From contig JACPLW010000001.1 in NCBI GenBank assembly GCA_016186325.1, forward strand, positions 187 to 64,186: a stretch of DNA of 64,000 bases, in the 5' to 3' direction. Of this stretch, positions 57,348 to 64,000 are shown in pieces. The translations under genes were made by a program, and so were the position numbers. Position 1 is the stretch's first letter. Each line of letters opens with the position of its first letter. The notes under the pieces were generated by a model. The model was not told where the DNA came from. It worked only from the letters and a program-made list of their open reading frames with translations, and ran no database searches. This DNA comes from Parcubacteria group bacterium (GTDB taxonomy: Bacteria > Patescibacteriota > Minisyncoccia > UBA10092).

Positions 57348-58409
57348 ATGCAGAAAAGTAAAAAAATAAAAATCAAATTATTCCAGCCGTATGTTTCTCC
57401 GCTGGCCAGAAAAATGGTCCAAAAAGTTTTATCGGGAATCTGGATAGCCGAGGGCCCGATGGTAAAAGAATTTGAAAAAGAATTTGCCAAAAAATTCAAT
57501 CTGAAAAACGTTGCGGCAGTTAACTCCGGCACCAGCGCCTTAGAGCTGGCTTACGAACTCGCGGATATCAAATCGGGCGATGAGGTAATCACACCGGTTT
57601 TAACTTGCGTGATTACCAATGTTCCTTTGGTAAGGCGGGGAGCGAAAATAATTTTTGCCGATATAGATTACGATTTGAATATGAGTATTGAAGATGTCAA
57701 GAAAAAAATAACCCCAAGAACCAAGGCGATAGTTTTTATGCATTTCGGAGGAAATAACCGCGGGCTGAAAGAATTGATTAAAATATGCAAAGAACGGAAG
57801 ATTTGCCTCATTGAAGACGCCGCCCAAGCGGTCGGTTCCGATTTTTGGGGGAAGGCTGATTTTACCGCCGTCTCGCTTCAAGCGATTAAAATGATAACTT
57901 CCGGGGACGGAGGATTTTTGATATGTAAAAATAAAAAAGATTGCGACAAGGCCAAGCGGCTGCGCTGGTTCGGATATGACAGGGACAAAAGAGCAAAACT
58001 GGGAGATATTGATTTAAAAGAAGCCGGATACAAATATCAAATGTGCGATGTCGCGGCTTCTATAGGTTTGGGCAATTTGTTGTCTATTGATCCTGTTCTA
58101 GCCCATGGAAAACGCCTACAAAAAATTTATAAAAAATACGGACTGAAACCCCATGCCTGGGTATCGGTGGGTTTCACTGATAATTATAAAAAATTAAAAG
58201 AACTTTACGGCCGGGAGGGGATAGAAATAGGAAAAAATCATTTTCGTAACGATAAATACACTTTGTTCAAAAAATTTAGAACCCCTTTACCAATAATGAA
58301 CGAATTAGAGCATAGGTATTTTATTGTGCCAAGCCACTATGCGGTACCGGAAAAAATTGCCCATAAAATCGGCCGGATTTTTGTGAACAGTAAATTAAAT
58401 TTAAAATGA
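57348..58409 (+). CDS. DegT/DnrJ/EryC1/StrS-family PLP-dependent sugar aminotransferase
   Basis: EGPMVKEFEKEFAKKFN...AAVNSGTSALELA...PVLTCV. The internal ATG at 57348 is preferred. Confidence 0.65.
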   Translation: MQKSKKIKIKLFQPYVSPLARKMVQKVLSGIWIAEGPMVKEFEKEFAKKFNLKNVAAVNSGTSALELAYELADIKSGDEVITPVLTCVITNVPLVRRGAKIIFADIDYDLNMSIEDVKKKITPRTKAIVFMHFGGNNRGLKELIKICKERKICLIEDAAQAVGSDFWGKADFTAVSLQAIKMITSGDGGFLICKNKKDCDKAKRLRWFGYDRDKRAKLGDIDLKEAGYKYQMCDVAASIGLGNLLSIDPVLAHGKRLQKIYKKYGLKPHAWVSVGFTDNYKKLKELYGREGIEIGKNHFRNDKYTLFKKFRTPLPIMNELEHRYFIVPSHYAVPEKIAHKIGRIFVNSKLNLK

Positions 58410-58410
58410 A

Positions 58411-58800
58411 ATGACTGATTTAAATAATGAAAATCCGCCATGGTATTCCTCGTATGAGAAAAATAATTACGGAGATTTGTTTTACGCGCTGATGCGCATT
58501 TATAAACCCAAGAAAGTTGTTGAATTGGGTACTAAAGCTGGATACAGCGCTTACCATATAGCAAGGGGGCTTAAGGATAATAGAAGAGGCACTCTGGACT
58601 GTTATGACTTGTGGGAGAGGTATGAATTTAAATCGGTACCTAAATCGGTTGCCGAGAAAAATTTAAAAAAATTTAAAGATATCATAAAACTTAAACAGCG
58701 CGACGCGATTGGAGTAAATAAGTTATATAAAAAAATTGATATTTTACATGTTGATGTCAGTAATGAGGGCGGAATTTTAGAAAAAATAATACCGAACTAG
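58411..58800 (+). CDS. small class I methyltransferase-like protein
   Basis: VVELGTKAGYSAYHIARGL. Confidence 0.35.
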   Translation: MTDLNNENPPWYSSYEKNNYGDLFYALMRIYKPKKVVELGTKAGYSAYHIARGLKDNRRGTLDCYDLWERYEFKSVPKSVAEKNLKKFKDIIKLKQRDAIGVNKLYKKIDILHVDVSNEGGILEKIIPN

Positions 58801-58991
58801 ATAGATAAGACACGCCAGCTTATAATTATTGAAGGCGGCTCACTAGAACGCGACAAGGTTGAGTGGATGATAAAATATAAAAAGATACCGATAAGAAAAT
58901 GGCTTAAAAATTTCGCTGACAAGAATGGAGATATTGAATATTTGATGATAGAACCGTTTCCTTCCATAACTATTATCTGCAAATTAAAAAT

Positions 58992-59012
58992 TAAGGACGT
59001 CTGACGTCCTTA
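58992..59012. repeat. 21-bp palindrome TAAGGACGTC-T-GACGTCCTTA (copy 3), preceded by AAATTAAAAAT
   Basis: Seen in sequence. Confidence 0.8.
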
Positions 59013-59016
59013 GATT

Positions 59017-60141
59017 ATGAATAAAATTATTACAAATCAAGAAAAGAACGCCCCGATTTCTAACGGGGTGAAATTAAATTTAGGTTGCGGTAAAGAGCAT
59101 AAAGAGGGATATATCAATATTGATATTCAAGAACCTTGCGATTTGAGGCATGATTTAAGAACCCCTTGGCCGTTTGACGACGGTTCGGTTGATGAAATAT
59201 TCACCGAAGATACTGTCCGCATTTTTTCGCTCAAAGAATGGGAGAAGGTTAAAAAAGAGATGGCCAGGGTTTTAAAACCCGGCGGCAAGCTGGAGATTAT
59301 CTTCCCGGACTTTGAATACATACTTAATGCTTTTTTAAAAAATGAAGACGGAAGAAGATGGAGTTGGTGGTGGCGGGTAATCTTTGGCTCTCAAGAGAAC
59401 GACGAATACCGTGATATTTGCAAAAACAGTTTTACTTATAAAAAATTATTGGCCGAGTTATTTAAGAAAGGGATGATAAACTTTAAAAAACAGCGATTAG
59501 AAGAACAACCGGGCTATATCCATTTAACTTGTCATAAACAGCCAGTTGACTATAAGATGCCGCATTCCCTAAGAGTTTTAATCGGAGTGCCAATTCATAT
59601 AAATTATCCTATAGAAAAATGCTTGGGATATATCTCTAAATTGAAATACCGGGCAGACCTTTTAATGGTAGATACTTCCTCTGGCCTTGGCTATCTGGAG
59701 AAAGTGAATGGGTACTGCGCTAAATACGGGATAAAGAATTATAAGATAGAACATTTGGAAATTAATCAAGAACAAGGAGAGGATGAAAGAATCGGCCGCT
59801 CAAGGGAGATAATCCGGCAATATGTTCTTTCCCATAATTACGACGCATGGTTTTCCGTTGAATATGACAACATCCTGCCGGCTAATGCCTTGGACAAACT
59901 GGTCGGGTTGATGGAAGAAGGCAATTTTATGATGGTATTCGTCCCCGCATTGGCAAATAAAATTCTTTGTGAACCCACTACTAATTTTGGTTGCGCTTTA
60001 ATCAGGCGGGAATGCTTTGAAAAGCATGGTTTTTTGTCTGAATATGATGCGATCAAATGTTGGCATGGAGTGGAGGTTTTTTTCAAAAAACGTTTCATTA
60101 AAAGCAGAAACTATTCCGACGATATTTACGAAATGGTTTAA
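59017..60141 (+). CDS. two-domain protein: SAM methyltransferase (LNLGCG motif) fused to paralog family C domain
   Basis: The first 17 codons (MNKIITNQEKNAPISNG) derive from a degenerate copy of the IR element. The true start is probably the GTG at 59068, giving (M)KLNLGCG. Confidence 0.45.
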   Translation: MNKIITNQEKNAPISNGVKLNLGCGKEHKEGYINIDIQEPCDLRHDLRTPWPFDDGSVDEIFTEDTVRIFSLKEWEKVKKEMARVLKPGGKLEIIFPDFEYILNAFLKNEDGRRWSWWWRVIFGSQENDEYRDICKNSFTYKKLLAELFKKGMINFKKQRLEEQPGYIHLTCHKQPVDYKMPHSLRVLIGVPIHINYPIEKCLGYISKLKYRADLLMVDTSSGLGYLEKVNGYCAKYGIKNYKIEHLEINQEQGEDERIGRSREIIRQYVLSHNYDAWFSVEYDNILPANALDKLVGLMEEGNFMMVFVPALANKILCEPTTNFGCALIRRECFEKHGFLSEYDAIKCWHGVEVFFKKRFIKSRNYSDDIYEMV

Positions 60142-60187
60142 TTAACATATCGTTACTGATAATTCCTCGGAAATTTTTAAAACGAAA

Positions 60188-60808
60188 ATGAAAATCCTTA
60201 TCGGCACGCCAATCCATATTTGTAAGGACTATTGCATGGAGCGATGGCTCCAAAACGTAGTCGAACTCCGTCTAAAATATCCGGCCGATTTGCTTTTGGT
60301 TGATAATTCCCCAGGGCTTGAATATGTGGAGAAAATGAAGGGGTACTGTGCGAAATATGGAATAAAAAATTATAAGATTGAACACATAGAACTTCCCCAG
60401 GAAAAGGTTTATCACGAAAAAATAGCCCGCTCAAGGGAGATAATCAGACAAGAAATGCTTGCCCATGATTATGATGCTTGGTTTACATGGGAATCCGACC
60501 AGCTCATACCAACCAATACTTTGGGCGAACTGGTTAGGATAATGAAGGGTGGAAATTTTATGATGATTAATCCCAATAACTGGGCAAGGGGGGTTCCCGA
60601 TCAGCCCAATACCGACCACGGCCTTTCTTTAATTAAAAGAGAAGTTCTGGAAAAGCATGGTTTCCTGCTTGAGTTTGGCACCGATCCTGAGATGCCAAAA
60701 AACTGGGACGAAAGCGATGCTTGGTTTAAGAAACGCGTTCTAAGGGATGGAGGCAATTTTATTGAACTTTATGGCGTTATTGAACCAGTTTATCACTTAA
60801 ACGAATAA
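60188..60808 (+). CDS. paralog family C protein (small GT-A-like, uncharacterised), copy 2
   Basis: MKILIGTPIHICKDYCMERW...LLLVDNSPGLEYVEKMKGYCAKYGIKNYKIEH. Confidence 0.4.
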   Translation: MKILIGTPIHICKDYCMERWLQNVVELRLKYPADLLLVDNSPGLEYVEKMKGYCAKYGIKNYKIEHIELPQEKVYHEKIARSREIIRQEMLAHDYDAWFTWESDQLIPTNTLGELVRIMKGGNFMMINPNNWARGVPDQPNTDHGLSLIKREVLEKHGFLLEFGTDPEMPKNWDESDAWFKKRVLRDGGNFIELYGVIEPVYHLNE

Positions 60809-60811
60809 TTT

Positions 60812-61618
60812 ATGCAACTTGGAATAACCACAATTCAACGCGACAGAGCTCCATGGATAAAAGAATGGGTTGCATTTCATTATTTAGTCGGCTTCAGGAA
60901 ATTTTATATCTATACTCACATGTGCTTGGATAACACGGAAGAGATTCTTAATGGTTTAAAAAATAAATTTGACATTACAATAATTCCGGTGGGGCCAGAG
61001 GTTGAAACGGCCCAAATGACGTCTTATCAGCATTCCTGCGACAATTTCCTGAAAGAAGTGGATTACATGGCGTTCATTGATAGTGATGAATTTTTATTCC
61101 CCACAGCTCATGATTCTATGGAAACTGCGCTGGCTGAATTTAACGATAAAAAAATATCCGCCCTAGGTGTTTATTGGTCGTGTTTTGGAAGCAGTGGATA
61201 TATTGAAGAACCGCCCGGTTTGATTATTGAAAATTATAGACGCAGAGCCGATGGCAATTTTGAGGCCAACCACCATGTAAAAAGCATTGTCCGCGGAAGG
61301 CAAGCCGCCTCATCCGTTCAAGTTGGTGAGAACGCGCATTTATTCAAAACTCCTCTTGGCACATTTGATGAGAATCTAAGGCCGATTACCTGCGGTCTTG
61401 AGATAAACTATGAGCCCACATATGAAAAATTTCGTATTAACCATTATATTTGCCAAAGCCGTTCATATTTTTTAAATTTCAAAAAAATTAACGTGGCGAT
61501 TTTCAAGGAAAGAATTAAACCGGAATCCTGGTGGGAGGAACATGATATAAATGATGTTTTAGACAATTCAACGGACAAATTTATCGGGCCATTAAAAAAT
61601 ATTTTAAATTCCATATGA
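60812..61618 (+). CDS. putative glycosyltransferase (GT-A fold, FIDSDEF DxD motif)
   Basis: 268 aa. Confidence 0.4.
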   Translation: MQLGITTIQRDRAPWIKEWVAFHYLVGFRKFYIYTHMCLDNTEEILNGLKNKFDITIIPVGPEVETAQMTSYQHSCDNFLKEVDYMAFIDSDEFLFPTAHDSMETALAEFNDKKISALGVYWSCFGSSGYIEEPPGLIIENYRRRADGNFEANHHVKSIVRGRQAASSVQVGENAHLFKTPLGTFDENLRPITCGLEINYEPTYEKFRINHYICQSRSYFLNFKKINVAIFKERIKPESWWEEHDINDVLDNSTDKFIGPLKNILNSI

Positions 61619-61689
61619 ATCCCGTTAGAAATAAAAAATCAGAGATTTTTGCCGACACGTCTGAAGCGAGTCGGATTTCTAACGGGATG
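61615..61689 (+). repeat. start-codon-embedded inverted-repeat element, copy D (arms 61620-61632 and 61675-61687)
   Basis: The leading ATG overlaps the upstream TGA stop as ATGA. The 3' arm ends on the ATG at 61687 (MKILIGTPIH). The ORF track reads through the element in frame. Confidence 0.6.
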
Positions 61690-62301
61690 AAAATCCTCAT
61701 CGGCACGCCAATCCACGAATGCAAGGATTATTGCATGGAAAGATGGCTGGAGAATGTTGCCAAACTTCAGCAACAGACCCCTGCCAATTTATTTTTGGTA
61801 GATAATTCGCCCGGGTTGGATTATGTGGAGAAAATCAAAAATTACTGTGCGAAATATGGAATTACGAATTACAAAATAGAACATTTGGAAATCAATCAGG
61901 CGCAAGGAGCGGACGAGAGGATCGGCCGTTCAAGAGAAATAATCAGGCAGGAAATTCTTTCCCATGATTATGACGCTTGGTTCTCCTGGGAATGCGACCA
62001 AATTATACCGGCGAATGCCTTGGATAAATTGATTGATATAATGAAAATAGGGGATTACGCGATGGTTAGCCACGGTTCATGGTCAAGAAAAAATCCCGGT
62101 AGTCCCGAAAATGATTTAGGATGCGCTTTAATAAAAGGAGTATGCTTAGAAAAATACAGTTTCTTGCTTCAAGAGTACTGGGACCTGACTCGGTCTTGGC
62201 ATGCCGGCGCAAGATGGTTTAAGCATCGTTTACTTAAAGGCGGAGACAATTATATTGAGGTCTATGGAGTAGTCGCTCCCATATACCATTTAAACGAATG
62301 A
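61687..62301 (+). CDS. paralog family C protein, copy 3
   Basis: MKILIGTPIHECKDYCMERW. The start is reassigned from 61615 to 61687. Confidence 0.45.
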   Translation: MKILIGTPIHECKDYCMERWLENVAKLQQQTPANLFLVDNSPGLDYVEKIKNYCAKYGITNYKIEHLEINQAQGADERIGRSREIIRQEILSHDYDAWFSWECDQIIPANALDKLIDIMKIGDYAMVSHGSWSRKNPGSPENDLGCALIKGVCLEKYSFLLQEYWDLTRSWHAGARWFKHRLLKGGDNYIEVYGVVAPIYHLNE

Positions 62302-62909
62302 AAATACTTATCGGCACACCAATTCATATCTGCAAAGATTATGCTATGGAAAGATGGCTTAAAAGCGTATCCGAGCTTACTTACCCTCACGATTTTATGA
62401 TGGTTGATAATTCGCCTGACGAATCATATCTGGAAACGGTTAAGGGCTATTGCGCAAAATACGGCATCACCAACTATAAGCTGGTACATGTTGACGTTGA
62501 CCAAAAGTTGGGCACTGACGGAAAGTTATCCTTTGCCAGAGAAATAATAAGGCAGGAGATTTTAACAAAAGGATATGATGCCTGGTGTACTTTGGAGTGC
62601 GACATCATTGCTCCGCCAAACGCTCTTGATGAATTAGTCAGATTAATAGCCGATTGCATGGAAATTAATCACTCCTATCCATCCAGAATAAATCCAAAGG
62701 AGATGATGAGCGGTTTCGGGCTGTCTTTAGTTAAAAGAGAAGCGCTTGAGAAATATGAGTTTATCGGCCAGTACGGCGATTGCGACCCGGAGATGCCCGG
62801 TATTTTTCAGGGAGGAGAAAGCTGGTTTATTACAAGGGTTATTAGAAATGGCGGTAGTTGTATTGATGTTTCCGGGGTTATCAAGCCAATTTTTCATCTG
62901 GATAAATAG
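62298..62909 (+). CDS. paralog family C protein, copy 4
   Basis: MKILIGTPIHICKDYAMERW. Confidence 0.4.
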   Translation: MKILIGTPIHICKDYAMERWLKSVSELTYPHDFMMVDNSPDESYLETVKGYCAKYGITNYKLVHVDVDQKLGTDGKLSFAREIIRQEILTKGYDAWCTLECDIIAPPNALDELVRLIADCMEINHSYPSRINPKEMMSGFGLSLVKREALEKYEFIGQYGDCDPEMPGIFQGGESWFITRVIRNGGSCIDVSGVIKPIFHLDK

Positions 62910-62922
62910 TTAGCATATAGAT

Positions 62923-64000
62923 ATGTCTCAATATTATTTCACAAACGACGCGCCTACCGGAAACGACCCTTCAACTTGGGGTTGGAAGGGAGCATGGGAT
63001 GACGGCACCACCACTGCGGTTACCAAACGGCTTGGAGAGGCCATTGGAGCGGGGGGCTTTACATCAATAGGCACCGACGAAGGGACGAGTTCTGTTGCTG
63101 ATTTTGATATTGCTCTGGGCCGGTGGGTCTCCGACCCATTAAGTAATGCGGTCTCATTTGCCACCAATGATACCTGGCAGGCAATTTTTGGTGTGAAGGA
63201 ACAAAACCTCGCGGCTAATTTTGTTTCGCATGTTCATATCTGGATTTCCAATGGCGATGCCGACTCGGTCAAGTCAACATTGGTCACCGATGCTATTGCC
63301 AGTGCTACGCCTAATGATGCCGAGGAATGGCCAACAACGGCTTCTGGCACAGGCAACTTGTTTGCTAATAGCACCACCAACGCTCTTGCCGATGGGCTTT
63401 CGGCCGCCGCGGGAGACCGTATCATTGTTGAAGTCGGTTATCGAGCTCTAAATACCATAACCACTTCTTATGCCGGCACGATGTATTATGGCGGCGCTAC
63501 TGGCGCCGATTTGCAAGACGACAATGCGGGAGGCACCAATCCAGGATCAAACCCGGGTTGGATATCGTTTACTACAACTATACCAAGCCCTTCAGAAAGT
63601 CCTTCTGTCAGTCCTTCTTCTTCACCATCACTTAGTCCATCATCTTCCGAATCACCGTCCCTTTCGCCCTCGGCGTCGCTAAGCCCCTCAAGTTCCGTTT
63701 CTCCGTCTGAAGTGCCGCAATCTTCTTCCGAATCACCTTCGCTTTCACCGTCATCATCTGAATCACCGTCGCTAAGCCCTTCAGCATCTTTATCTCCATC
63801 CTCATCCGTTAGTCCTTCACTCTCGCCATCCAGTTCGCAGTCGCCATCGCTTAGTCCATCAGCTTCTCTATCGCCCTCAAGCTCCGCGTCGCCGTCTCTT
63901 AGCCCCTCAAGTTCTGAATCACCGTCACTCTCGCCATCAGCTTCTCTGTCTCCGTCGGCTTCTGAATCGCCATCGCTTTCACCATCGTCTAGCGAATCGC
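62923..64000 (+). CDS. Ser/Pro-rich tandem-repeat protein (3'-truncated by window end): ~220-aa N-terminal domain followed by SPSLSPSxSxSPS repeats
   Basis: Frame +1 from the ATG at 62923 is open to the window end (>358 codons) and absent from the ORF track. From ~63590 the DNA is a tandem 9/18/36-nt periodic repeat encoding ...SESPSLSPSASLSPSSSVSPS... Confidence 0.6.
   Translation, partial: MSQYYFTNDAPTGNDPSTWGWKGAWDDGTTTAVTKRLGEAIGAGGFTSIGTDEGTSSVADFDIALGRWVSDPLSNAVSFATNDTWQAIFGVKEQNLAANFVSHVHIWISNGDADSVKSTLVTDAIASATPNDAEEWPTTASGTGNLFANSTTNALADGLSAAAGDRIIVEVGYRALNTITTSYAGTMYYGGATGADLQDDNAGGTNPGSNPGWISFTTTIPSPSESPSVSPSSSPSLSPSSSESPSLSPSASLSPSSSVSPSEVPQSSSESPSLSPSSSESPSLSPSASLSPSSSVSPSLSPSSSQSPSLSPSASLSPSSSASPSLSPSSSESPSLSPSASLSPSASESPSLSPSSSES

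Noticed and set aside
61615-61686. N-terminal 24 codons of the track ORF 61615..62301
   Set aside because: They are the IR element. Paralogs start at the conserved MKILIGTPIH, so the start is reassigned to 61687.
63221-63682. Short ORFs 63221..63451, 63234..63425 and 63470..63682
   Set aside because: Sub-frames or antisense frames inside the long open Ser/Pro-repeat ORF that starts at 62923.
63590-64000. Tandem repeat as a CRISPR array
   Set aside because: The period is 9/18/36 nt and lies in frame inside a coding ORF. There is no repeat-spacer structure with unique spacers.

Overview
Low-GC (~35-40%), tightly packed bacterial segment with a Patescibacteria/CPR-like gene set: short HrcA, short GrpE, DnaJ without a zinc finger, and many small hypothetical proteins. 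The first ~42 kb is core and housekeeping. It carries tRNA-Leu, a cupin-type PGI, an SBP-5 ABC binding protein, secG, clpP, groES-groEL, rpsP, a KH protein, PBP1A, a disrupted trmD, guaB, pcm, rplJ-rplL and tRNA-Val. It also carries a dcw-type cluster (mraZ-rsmH-ftsL-ftsI-ddl plus a convergent murF), galT-like, tRNA-Glu, a presenilin-like protease, rplU, recR-dnaB, uppS, cysS, corA-like, hrcA-grpE-dnaK-dnaJ and tRNA-Lys. From ~42 kb the content becomes accessory: a secreted protein, tatC-tatA, and an ~17 kb glycosylation island (45.7-62.9 kb). The island contains several expanded paralog families of GT-A-like glycosyltransferases, SAM methyltransferases and a DegT-type sugar aminotransferase. 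It is interrupted by an AbiEi/AbiEii type IV toxin-antitoxin cassette, punctuated by three identical GACGTC-centred palindromes, and followed by a long Ser/Pro-repeat ORF that runs off the window end and is missing from the ORF track. The most unusual signal is a family of at least four copies, plus one degenerate copy, of a 75-123 bp element with 13-bp terminal inverted repeats TCCCGTTAGAAAT / ATTTCTAACGGGA. Each copy begins at an ATG that overlaps or follows the upstream stop and ends exactly on the start codon of the downstream gene. Other notable signals are a 49-bp perfect tandem duplication that frameshifts trmD, and two promoter-to-terminator defined candidate sRNA genes (one GC-rich, ~280 nt). 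tRNA-Glu sits at the tip of a helix inside a tRNA-shaped scaffold of tRNA-half-like fragments. There are dispersed short identical repeats (31 bp and 17 bp), MraZ-box repeats, and a candidate HrcA operator. No CRISPR array and no rRNA are present.
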